Positions 29,667 through 38,551 of a stretch of DNA of 64,000 bases are shown here, piece after piece. Position 1 is the first letter of the stretch; each line of letters starts with the position of its first letter. Origin of the DNA: Candidatus Moanibacter tarae (lineage in GTDB: Bacteria; Verrucomicrobiota; Verrucomicrobiia; Opitutales; UBA2987); contig CP029803.1 in NCBI GenBank assembly GCA_003226295.1, positions 736,211 through 800,210 of the forward strand, given 5' to 3'. Below the pieces are notes generated by a model. That model saw only the letters and a list, made by a program, of their open reading frames with translations, did not search any database and was not told the origin of the DNA. A program made the translations under genes and the position numbers.

Positions 29667-29847
29667 ATAAGTAAGAATTTGCTTTCAGTATATAGGCAAA
29701 CGGAGGGTGTTGGCAGGAAATCTAAGCTGAAATTTATTATCACAAAAATATATATCTAAAAGATTTAACGAACTAGGCTATTTAAAAGGTAAAGTTGTTA
29801 TATTTTCCAAATGGAGACCTGTTGAACAGAAGCACTCAATAATTCTA

Positions 29848-31446
29848 TCACGAGTTCATCACTTCGAAGGGGCCGAGTTCATCATCGACAAATGAGCGGT
29901 GGTAGTTTTTCCCCATCAGATAGCGAGTTTCCAATTCTACGTCGCGTACGATTAAGGGAACGGTGAGTGCTGGGTCCCGTTTGCGCAGGATGATTTGCAA
30001 TTGGTTTTCTCCCATCATCGGCCAATGGTTGCTTTCGAGTCTATAGACAAACCAGTAGGCGCAACCAGCACGGTAACGTGGTCGGGTCATTCGGTACATC
30101 TCATTAATCTTCCGTAAGGAGGAATTTGGTAACTCAACTCCGTTGAGAAGAAAATCCACGCGATCAAGCTCAGTGCAATTATTGAGACGTATACGGAAGA
30201 TAATTTCGTGCACTCGTCCGACTGTATCCCACTTCTTTAGGTCATCGCTTATGTTGATGTTCACGGTACCAGGTTCTCCAACCACTAATTCTATGGGCAG
30301 TTCTATTCCTATACCGGGTTCGGTTTTGGGCTCTGGATATCTTCCAGTTGTGGTAGGTACATAATAGAATTTATCCCTTGATGCCATGATGTCAGGGTGG
30401 GGTAATTCGCGCAATTTTTCGTAAAATTCAGCCTTGTATGGCCAGAGACCGAACCAGTGTGCCAGGTAGAGTCCGTCTATCCCCTGGGCCCAGTAATTAC
30501 AGGCACAGGCCCGTGTTATCGAGATGGGTCCCTCTCCGAGTCGATCGGAGTCAACATGGGACTGGATGGCTCCGATAATGCGGCAATTGGATCCTTGCGC
30601 AATTCGCACGAGATTGCTGTAATCAGCATTTGAATTGACTAGTTCGGGTCCCGAGAAGGTTTGCCCGACGAGTGCTTCTACGATCTCAGCTTTAATCCAG
30701 GCTTCGACGTCCATTCCGACACTGTAACAACCCTCAATACTTGCTGGAATGCGAATTACAAGTTCTCGGTTTGTTCCGCTGGCTTTAACCGCTTCATGTA
30801 CTTCTGCGATCCAATGAGTTAGTATAGGACGTCCCGTTTCTATCTCATCCGGATGAAAGTAGTATGGTGTGTAATTCATTTGGAGTTCGAAACCGTCAAC
30901 ATCGTAGTTAGACAACGTTTCTTGAATTAGGGAGAGACGTTCTCGCCGTACATCTTCGTGCATAAAATCCAAACAGGTAAAAGCTGTGGATTCTTTTTCT
31001 ACTCCAGGTTTGGCACCAATTTCCAGGTGAGTGTTATCAAACCGAAAGTCAGAACAGCGGACATCGGATTCGCGAGTGCCTCGCCCTTGTTGCACAAGTA
31101 GCGTTGGATAAAATGCAAGCCCCTTTTGATGGGCTCGGTTGGAAACAATGCGAAGGGGATCACAGCCGGTTTCTATTAGATGTTTAGCATTCTGGTGGGC
31201 ACGACGAAAGATTGGATGCGGCCATCCTTCTACATTGTGGCCCCATAGCTCGCCTACCTTGGTTTCGTGTAGGACTGTACGACCGTCCCCGAGGCAGAAC
31301 ATAATTGCGTCGATATTGGTTCCAGCCAATTCGTCGACTGAAGCTTCATATTCCTCCTTTTGAATTGGTGGCTCATACATGTAGATTAACGGATGTCGGC
31401 CATCGTGATAGAACATTAATTTTGGGCGATCGGATATTTTGTTCAT
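29848..31446 (-). CDS. Hypothetical protein (532 aa), possibly a TIM-barrel glycoside-hydrolase-like protein
   Basis: Long unopposed ORF with alternating beta/alpha-like pattern and a C-terminal beta-rich domain. No signal peptide and no defining motif recognised. Confidence 0.6.
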   Translation of the reverse strand: MNKISDRPKLMFYHDGRHPLIYMYEPPIQKEEYEASVDELAGTNIDAIMFCLGDGRTVLHETKVGELWGHNVEGWPHPIFRRAHQNAKHLIETGCDPLRIVSNRAHQKGLAFYPTLLVQQGRGTRESDVRCSDFRFDNTHLEIGAKPGVEKESTAFTCLDFMHEDVRRERLSLIQETLSNYDVDGFELQMNYTPYYFHPDEIETGRPILTHWIAEVHEAVKASGTNRELVIRIPASIEGCYSVGMDVEAWIKAEIVEALVGQTFSGPELVNSNADYSNLVRIAQGSNCRIIGAIQSHVDSDRLGEGPISITRACACNYWAQGIDGLYLAHWFGLWPYKAEFYEKLRELPHPDIMASRDKFYYVPTTTGRYPEPKTEPGIGIELPIELVVGEPGTVNINISDDLKKWDTVGRVHEIIFRIRLNNCTELDRVDFLLNGVELPNSSLRKINEMYRMTRPRYRAGCAYWFVYRLESNHWPMMGENQLQIILRKRDPALTVPLIVRDVELETRYLMGKNYHRSFVDDELGPFEVMNS

Positions 31447-31610
31447 TACTTTAGGTAGACTTTGACTAAGGATTACGAGATTCCGGTCTCGTTAGTGGAG
31501 GGTAGCAGAAGTATGCAATAAAGAAACACAATGCTTCTTCTTGGTGAGCACGAGTTCCCATAACAAAGTAAATACGGGGTGGTCTTTAGAACGGTATGGA
31601 ATTCCTGATC

Positions 31611-31642
31611 GAGCTCGACGAATGCATTCCATCGTCGAGTTC
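31611..31642 (-). terminator. Stem-loop (11 bp including one G-U, 10-nt loop), 25 nt downstream of the stop of the 31667..32764 gene
   Basis: GAGCTCGACGA pairs with TCGTCGAGTTC. The position fits a terminator for the 973-aa-gene/Gfo pair. No U-tract. Confidence 0.4.
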
Positions 31643-31666
31643 CAAGTATCCGGGTACAATATCAGA

Positions 31667-32764
31667 TCATCTGAACCAATCATAGTGGAGCCCCAGGCCT
31701 CGGTTTTGAAGGGGCAGATCTATGCGATTTCCGCCTTGAGTAGAAGATTCCTTAAGTGCGAGTTCTACTTCGATTGCGATTCCGACACGGCGCCCAGAAT
31801 TTTTAGGTTCGTCGAGTTCCCCGGCTAAACACCGAAGTAGGTCGTCGAGACAATAAACAGCGCCGTAGGGAACATTGAAGTTCGGCTTCGGCCAAGGAAG
31901 TTGTGCTCTACCTTGAGTGTTGTTATCCGTTTCGACATCCTTCCACAATCTCCAACCATTTTCAAAATCAAATACCAATTCACCTGTATCGCCTGTAATC
32001 CTGACGCCGCTAGAACCTTTTCGGAAATGAACTGCAAAGTCATTGCTCCAAGCAAATCCTTGGCCAACGAATTCATTGCTGCCGCTCTCTCGGCGATGTT
32101 CATCGCCGATTCCAACCACCCATTCGGGCAATTTATCTAGGAAGTATGACCAGTTCTGGTGTTGTGCAAAAACGTTGCCAGTTTCGATGGACAACAATTT
32201 TCCAATATGACCGTTACGAAGAAGTCTCTTTGCTATTTCGAAGGAGGCGTGGGTAGTGCTGATGGAGCCACAACTCAGCGGAACGCAGGCTTCTGAGCAG
32301 GTATTAACCATTCGGTCGACTTCCTCTAGAGTGTGGGCCATGGGCTTCTCGGTCATGATGGCTTTAGCTCCGCATTCGACTGCCAAACACGTCAAGTCTG
32401 CTCGATGCTTAGTGTTTGTTGCCACCGCGACAATTTCCGGATTGAGCTCCTTTAGCATTTGCTCGGCATCAGTGTAAGTGGCGTCTATTCCATATCGTTG
32501 GTTGAAAATCTTGAGTCGTTTTGGATCCCTATCGGCGGCGCTTATGAGCTCTACTTTAGGGCAATTGTGGAGGGCATCGCAATATGAGGTTGGATTTCCT
32601 TCTCTATTGGGACGAATGCGGTGATGGGTGTGTCGGTGGATATCGAGAGTAGGGGTCGGGCGATTGACATCATCTATATGAAAGCGCTTTTTTGAGCGCG
32701 GAGCCAAATCGTATAGCATTCCCATCCAGCCGAGTCCGATAACGGCGGCGCGATATTTTTTCAT
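31667..32764 (-). CDS. Gfo/Idh/MocA family oxidoreductase with a ~45-aa insertion after the first Rossmann strand
   Basis: YRAAVIGLGWMG and TEKPMAHTLEEVDRM motifs. The start lies only 8 nt after the stop of the upstream 973-aa gene. Confidence 0.8.
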   Translation of the reverse strand: MKKYRAAVIGLGWMGMLYDLAPRSKKRFHIDDVNRPTPTLDIHRHTHHRIRPNREGNPTSYCDALHNCPKVELISAADRDPKRLKIFNQRYGIDATYTDAEQMLKELNPEIVAVATNTKHRADLTCLAVECGAKAIMTEKPMAHTLEEVDRMVNTCSEACVPLSCGSISTTHASFEIAKRLLRNGHIGKLLSIETGNVFAQHQNWSYFLDKLPEWVVGIGDEHRRESGSNEFVGQGFAWSNDFAVHFRKGSSGVRITGDTGELVFDFENGWRLWKDVETDNNTQGRAQLPWPKPNFNVPYGAVYCLDDLLRCLAGELDEPKNSGRRVGIAIEVELALKESSTQGGNRIDLPLQNRGLGLHYDWFR

Positions 32765-32772
32765 TTTAGGTT

Positions 32773-35694
32773 TTATCTTTGCGAGTTATTTGAATGTTCA
32801 TATCTGTCTATGTTAAACGAATCAGCAATTTTGGTGACGATTGCCTGTTCGATTCGAAATCTACGATTTCCTGTAGCATACGCCCCAAGGCCCTTGGAAG
32901 GCTCATCTTTCCCTCGGCCAATTTTGCCCCCAACGGATACACCACTTGGAAGCTTGAAAGAGTAATGATATGGGTTGTTAGTTGTTTCGGGAGAAATGGT
33001 TCTCGTTTTAGGTGTTGATTCGTTAATTGGTGATACCTCATAAAGTTCACCTGCCTTGGTCTCAAAAAGGAGAATTTCTCCTTCGAGATTGTCTGTTGGG
33101 GTTTTTCTTCCCGGATTTTTACCCTTTGATACTCGACACGGTTTATTCCATGGGTTGCGTAGTCGGCAAGTCTCGCCGAAACGGGACTCAATCTGAACGA
33201 ATTCAATCACGCCTCCACGGATTGATGACGTAACTAGGAATCCTCCCCTGGCGAGTAAGCTAAAGGAAGCGTCCCATTCCTGTGGCCATGCAGGAAAGAT
33301 ATTAATAATCTCAGGTTCCCCTGGTGTCGGTGAGATACTTTGCATTAGGCCAATCTGAAGGGTCATTGTAATCAAGCCAGAATGCTCAAGGCCCATTGAC
33401 TGTATACCCTGTTCGAATGCACTGAGTCCGTTAGCGAGGTGCGGCCTGTAAACGTAAAAATTAGCTGCAAGGATCGCGGGTAAATCCTCTCCACGTCCGG
33501 CCATGGCAAAGGCAATCGGCGTACGGACTAGAGATGGAAGCCAATGTCTCCCAGACATAATCTTCAGGTGATTGGGACATAAGTCTATGAGAAGTTGTAC
33601 AATCCTATCTTTGTCCGGATCGTTGTTCTCCATAGTCCATGCCTCAAAGGTCTCAATCGGATGGGCCCATATGTCTTCATATGGGTAATGGCGGCTGTTG
33701 ATATTAACTCCGTCAAAGTGCCCAGCTGCCCAAACGTTTTCATTCAGTGTTCCCCAAGTGAGTGCTTTCGATTCCGTCTCGTGGCCCATTGGGAATGGTG
33801 CTAGGTTATCGATTATGTCCTGCCATTCAGAACGCAGATCTGCGTCCTCGTTAAGAATTATAGAAGCTCGTATTGCGGGCGGAAAAGTGCCGCGTATCGC
33901 AGCTAAATCCTTGAGGCTGTCTTTCACGAGAAAGAAAGATTCCATAACATTGGTACCTTCTAAATGATACAGTCCATCTGTTCCTTTTTTTATCAGGTGC
34001 CGATAAAATTCAACTGTCCCACGAAGAAGAGGATAGGCCTTATAACGAAGCCAGTGGGTGTTCCCAGTGCAACGGTAACGCCACCAGGCCTGGAGAGCAA
34101 TCTTGCTCCCAGTAGAAGCAATATGGCCAATGGAACAATATGGATTTGTCCCAGGGAATTCACTATCGCGATGGTGTTTGCAGATATTGTGGAGGTGTGA
34201 ATCGTGCTGACAAAGGGCTAAGGTCGGAGGAGATAAGGTGTCGCTTTTGGTACGACCGAGGAAGTAATTCCGGAACTCTTCGCTGTTTTCATTGGGGAGG
34301 AGGGTAGGTCCATCAACTGGAGAAGTCTCAGGAAAATATGCTCCCCCAGCGACCCCCCAACGCTGTTGGGCTGCCTTTTCGCAGAGAGGTAATTGCTTTA
34401 CGTACATATTAAAATATGGATCTGTAATGTCCATTGCGTCGGCGGCAAAAAGAGGGCGGTACATCGACTCGACGATCCAATGCCAGAGTTGTGTACCGAG
34501 ATGTGGAATGTCACCCTCAGTTTGAAAAATCAAACCAGCGCCCTGAGGAACAGGCACATCGCCGCGGGATGAAGATGCTGAGTAGTAGAGATGTAATACC
34601 CGAATTCGTTCCATGAAATCAGCTAAGCCATCTTGGCTTGTCATATGGACAAATGTACGGGACCAGAAATTATGCCACCACCTAGTATGCTCAACACGAA
34701 GGGATTTATAGGAACGTTTCTTTGTGTTATGGAGCTCTAACAGGCAACGTTTACTGAGAGCGTCTTCCTTTCTGTTTGAGGCTGTGGTTGAAACAAGGAT
34801 AGTCCTTTTCCCCTGGCCTGAGGCTGCTATTATGGAACGGGCCTGAGGTATACCCTCAGTAATTATTTTACGTTGAAATTTGGCATGAAGAGGTTTCTCA
34901 TCCCATTGCAAATCATCCGATTGCCAGGTTGCTTTTTCAGGGTTTTCGATTCGTGTTTTACCTCCTCCTACGTGGAGGGCAACTGCAGATCCCCCGTTGT
35001 ACTCTTCATTTCGAAACTTCCGAGTCTCATGAAAATTTTGTTCTACTAGGATTATGTCTTCCAATTCTCTGAATTGGTAGCGTGCAGTGTGAGTTCCTGT
35101 ATCAATTTCTTCGGACACCCAAGTGTTTGAAGGCCAAAGATAAAGCGGTGTTATCACTTTCGGTGGCCGCCACATCGATATTGTGACCGTAATATCCTTG
35201 GGTATTGACCGCTGATCTTCGACTTCTAGGACTAAGACGTCTCGTTCCGAGGAAACAAAGCATTGGACACGAACATCGCCACATTCGATTGTGCAATTGG
35301 CGTCGTAGATGGAAAGGCGTTGGCAAAAGGATTTTGCTTTATTGAAAATCGATTCACCGAAATCAACTTCAAGGCGGGAACATGGACCTCTATAGTCAAC
35401 CGGACATCCGTGGGATCCTGCATGATTTCTGTCTGAAGAAAAGAGATCGTTACGGTTAATTTGGAATCGGATGGATCTTGGCGTAGTCCAAACCGTTGTT
35501 CCCATGCAGCCGTTGCCAATAGGGGTTCCTTCGATGGATACCTCTGCAGGGCTGTTGTAGATTACGTCGGCCCGTGAGACTAATTTTCTGTAGTCTACAT
35601 CGAACAGATTCGATTTTTTCATCCTCCGGGTATCTTGATGTCCGATACATTGTGAGTCGAGTTTAGAGAACTGAAAACCAAAAAAAATTGCCAT
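32773..35694 (-). CDS. Large glycoside-hydrolase-like protein (GH95-like / DUF5703-like N-terminal domain plus alpha/alpha-toroid-like region)
   Basis: 973 aa. The N-terminal EGTPIGNGCMGTTVWT resembles the P-x-G-N-G-x-x-G motif at the start of GH95-type enzymes. An alternative start (MKKSNLF) is at 35622. The family assignment is by eye only. Confidence 0.6.
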   Translation of the reverse strand: MAIFFGFQFSKLDSQCIGHQDTRRMKKSNLFDVDYRKLVSRADVIYNSPAEVSIEGTPIGNGCMGTTVWTTPRSIRFQINRNDLFSSDRNHAGSHGCPVDYRGPCSRLEVDFGESIFNKAKSFCQRLSIYDANCTIECGDVRVQCFVSSERDVLVLEVEDQRSIPKDITVTISMWRPPKVITPLYLWPSNTWVSEEIDTGTHTARYQFRELEDIILVEQNFHETRKFRNEEYNGGSAVALHVGGGKTRIENPEKATWQSDDLQWDEKPLHAKFQRKIITEGIPQARSIIAASGQGKRTILVSTTASNRKEDALSKRCLLELHNTKKRSYKSLRVEHTRWWHNFWSRTFVHMTSQDGLADFMERIRVLHLYYSASSSRGDVPVPQGAGLIFQTEGDIPHLGTQLWHWIVESMYRPLFAADAMDITDPYFNMYVKQLPLCEKAAQQRWGVAGGAYFPETSPVDGPTLLPNENSEEFRNYFLGRTKSDTLSPPTLALCQHDSHLHNICKHHRDSEFPGTNPYCSIGHIASTGSKIALQAWWRYRCTGNTHWLRYKAYPLLRGTVEFYRHLIKKGTDGLYHLEGTNVMESFFLVKDSLKDLAAIRGTFPPAIRASIILNEDADLRSEWQDIIDNLAPFPMGHETESKALTWGTLNENVWAAGHFDGVNINSRHYPYEDIWAHPIETFEAWTMENNDPDKDRIVQLLIDLCPNHLKIMSGRHWLPSLVRTPIAFAMAGRGEDLPAILAANFYVYRPHLANGLSAFEQGIQSMGLEHSGLITMTLQIGLMQSISPTPGEPEIINIFPAWPQEWDASFSLLARGGFLVTSSIRGGVIEFVQIESRFGETCRLRNPWNKPCRVSKGKNPGRKTPTDNLEGEILLFETKAGELYEVSPINESTPKTRTISPETTNNPYHYSFKLPSGVSVGGKIGRGKDEPSKGLGAYATGNRRFRIEQAIVTKIADSFNIDRYEHSNNSQR

Positions 35695-35833
35695 ACAGTT
35701 GTTCAGAATATCTCGTAATAAAGTATGTTCGGATAGTTAATTAAAATGTAATGTTTATTAACTTGCGTCTTCAGAATACTAGGGAGAATTAAATTATCCA
35801 CCTCATAACAAAATCAGCGAAATTTAACTATCT

Positions 35834-36523
35834 GTGAGGAGACACGATAAAAGAAAGTTGGAGAACGATCGAAGGGTAGACCGATTACTCCAATCGGAAT
35901 ACGGGCGATCTTCGTATTGGGAGATTCTACTCCAGGCAGGCCGAAAAGATTCGATGATTAGTTTGCTAGAATCGACTCTCCATCTTCCGGGAGATGTAAT
36001 CGAATGCGGGGTGTATCGAGGTAATTCATTTCAATTGATTTGTCGGGCCGTGGCTGAAACCTCCCCTGACAAGAGGATCTATGCGTGTGACAGTTTTGAA
36101 GGTTTTCCCAAGAAGAAGGTGGGGAGGATTGACCTAGGAACTCATTGGATTCTGAGCCGAGTTCGACGGAAATATCGTTTATGTCAGGATACGCCTGCTC
36201 GATTAGAGCGATTTTTCGAATCCTTCAATGTTAATGGGCAGATTGTGAAAGGGTTTTTTTCGGAAACCCTTGAACGGTTCTCAAATGAACAGTTTTGTTT
36301 CATCCATCTTGACTGTGACTTATATGTGTCATACGGACAATGCCTCGAGCTTCTCTACCATACTCTCGTGCCGGGAGGCGTCTTTGTCTTTGACGATTAC
36401 GGCTCACCGAATTGGCCCGGAGCGAAGGAGGCGGTTGACGAGTTCTTTTCGAGCAAGAAGGAGTCGGTTTGCCTCTGTGAGGATCTGCCAATACCATCCT
36501 GGTATGTGCGAAAGCCTCAATAG
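35834..36523 (+). CDS. TylF/macrocin-O-methyltransferase family class I SAM-dependent methyltransferase
   Basis: GDVIECGVYRGNS, FIHLDCDLY and GGVFVFDDYG..WPGAKEAVDEF motifs. GTG start; an alternative ATG is at 35954. Confidence 0.75.
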   Translation: MRRHDKRKLENDRRVDRLLQSEYGRSSYWEILLQAGRKDSMISLLESTLHLPGDVIECGVYRGNSFQLICRAVAETSPDKRIYACDSFEGFPKKKVGRIDLGTHWILSRVRRKYRLCQDTPARLERFFESFNVNGQIVKGFFSETLERFSNEQFCFIHLDCDLYVSYGQCLELLYHTLVPGGVFVFDDYGSPNWPGAKEAVDEFFSSKKESVCLCEDLPIPSWYVRKPQ

Positions 36524-36539
36524 GACAATTTTACCGAAA

Positions 36540-37328
36540 TCATACCAAAGTGTTTTGGCTGCCCTGCCTTAATTCTTGCCGCAATCCAGAAACCATTTTC
36601 GGGTAGTCGGTGAAGACGCCGTTAACGCCGTAACGCAGCAACTTTTCAAGTGCTTCTTTTGTTTCCGTTAGTGACATTGCCCAGACGGGTCGACCCAATG
36701 TGTGGGTACTATCAATCAGAGTGGAATCCTTATGAATCCAATCTGGGAATAATCTTATGATGTCGATTCCCTTTTCAGCAAAGATCTTAATGCTTTTCTG
36801 GTTAGGAATGAATCCCAAGGTGCGAAGGTTAGGGTTTAAGTTTTTAATGGTTTCAAGTTCATCAATCGATCTGGTAGCTAGAATAACGTTCAGGGTTAAC
36901 CTCTGATTTTCTATTTGTTTTACGATCCTGCAGACTTCTCGGTGAGAGGTGATCTTTAAATCAAGTAGGAGTTGTGTGTCAGTTCCTGCAATCAACTCCA
37001 ATACTTCTTGGAGTGTAGGTACCTGCTCGCCTCCACCTGCATCCAAATCTTTGACTTCAGCCAGGGTTTTTCCTGTAATCGGACCTGAGCCGCTGGTTGT
37101 GCGGTTAAGGGTTGAGTCGTGGAGAACGACGATTTCTGCATCTTTGGTTGACCGGAGGTCAATTTCGATTACTTCAGCCCTAGTCTCAATGGTCTTACGG
37201 AAGGCCATCAGGGTGTTTTCAGGGTATTCGGGGACAAGACCTCCACGGTGGGCAATAGTAATGAAGGATTCGGGCCGATTTAGAGATGATCTGGAATTAT
37301 TTAAAGTCATACAGATGGAATTCGTCAA
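36540..37328 (-). CDS. Glycerophosphodiester phosphodiesterase (GDPD family)
   Basis: IAHRGG, PENTLMAF, EIDLRSTKD and VLHD motifs. Confidence 0.85.
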   Translation of the reverse strand: MTNSICMTLNNSRSSLNRPESFITIAHRGGLVPEYPENTLMAFRKTIETRAEVIEIDLRSTKDAEIVVLHDSTLNRTTSGSGPITGKTLAEVKDLDAGGGEQVPTLQEVLELIAGTDTQLLLDLKITSHREVCRIVKQIENQRLTLNVILATRSIDELETIKNLNPNLRTLGFIPNQKSIKIFAEKGIDIIRLFPDWIHKDSTLIDSTHTLGRPVWAMSLTETKEALEKLLRYGVNGVFTDYPKMVSGLRQELRQGSQNTLV

Positions 37329-37671
37329 AAATACCTAGTACTCAAAATTTGATAGTTACTGAATACTTTAAAACTAATTTTGTTATCATTCAAAATAATT
37401 CAGCTACTCTATTCTGATAAGATTTCGATAGTTATAGGCTAAATTAAAGTTCCATCCGCCATGTAGTGGCGATGGGTTGTTAACGCAGTATTAATTCCCC
37501 TTGATTTTTGTTTTTCGCCAAATTTTTATGGTAAAATTAAACTGTCTTAATTTAGAGTATTTTGGTTTTAGTTGCTGCCCATCTAATTTCGATCGTGGAA
37601 GATGAATAGGCCACTTCCCAACTACTTCTGAAACCGCTTCAGGCTTTTGAATTTGAAAGCTGTCATGATGA

Positions 37672-38472
37672 ATGAATATTCAGGAACACATTGACCGAAT
37701 CCATCGCGATGGGTGGAGTTTGGTTCCTAGAGTTATTCCAGCTGATAGGATAGATGCGATTCGGAACCAGGTTTGTCAATCCGCCGCTGAGCATGGGCGA
37801 GCCAAAGCTGCGAAATTAGGAATCGGACAGGTGCCTGGATTTATTCGCTACGATCAGTCGCTTTCCCCTTATCTTTCCGATCCGAAGTTGATGGTTCTTC
37901 TGGAAGCTTTGTTAGGACGATATCTGAAGGTCTCTTTTGCTACTGCAACTATCAATCATCCCGGTAATCCCCGTGGAGGATGGCATGCTGATTGGCCGTT
38001 TAATCAAAAGAACGCTGGCCATATTTCTGCACCTTATCCGGACGTGATTATGCATCTGACGACCTTGTGGATTCTCTCTCCCTTCACGAAGGACAACGGA
38101 GGCACTCTGATCGTTCCAGGAAGCCACCGTTGGCCGAGCAATCCCACAGATAACATTGGTGTCGATCCTGAGGCCCCTTATCCTACAGAGATGCATGCTG
38201 TAGGTGAGGCTGGAAGCGTCCTTGTGTTGGATAGTCGAATTTGGCATTCAACAGCGTCGAATTATTCGGACGAGTCACGGGTATCTGTTGTCATCCGCTA
38301 TGCTCCTTGGTGGTTAAACACACGGGTGTTGGAACCGGGATCGGAAGAAAGAGAAATGATGGTGGACGAACCAGGATCGATGGAAAATGACCAGCCCTTG
38401 GTGCCGCGTAATGTCTATGATGATCTACCGAAAGCAACCAAACAATTGTTTCGACACTGGGTCGAAGGTTAA
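37672..38472 (+). CDS. PhyH family Fe(II)/2-oxoglutarate dioxygenase
   Basis: IHRDGWSLVP N-terminal motif, GWHADWP (HxD) and RIWHSTASN (distal His). Confidence 0.8.
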   Translation: MNIQEHIDRIHRDGWSLVPRVIPADRIDAIRNQVCQSAAEHGRAKAAKLGIGQVPGFIRYDQSLSPYLSDPKLMVLLEALLGRYLKVSFATATINHPGNPRGGWHADWPFNQKNAGHISAPYPDVIMHLTTLWILSPFTKDNGGTLIVPGSHRWPSNPTDNIGVDPEAPYPTEMHAVGEAGSVLVLDSRIWHSTASNYSDESRVSVVIRYAPWWLNTRVLEPGSEEREMMVDEPGSMENDQPLVPRNVYDDLPKATKQLFRHWVEG

Positions 38473-38551
38473 CTTTAAAAATAAAAACCCAGCGGATTTT
38501 TTTGGAAGGAATCTAACGTTTTGTTTTCTGTTTAGAGGCGTTGAATCTTTA

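Noticed and set aside
37452-37475. A hairpin CCATCCGCCA-tgtag-TGGCGATGG (9 bp with one bulge) in the 343-nt divergent spacer between the GDPD and PhyH genes, considered as a small RNA or riboswitch fragment.
   Set aside because: It is an isolated single stem with no flanking conserved-looking structure. Its position between divergent starts gives no terminator role. It cannot be distinguished from chance without covariation or transcript data.
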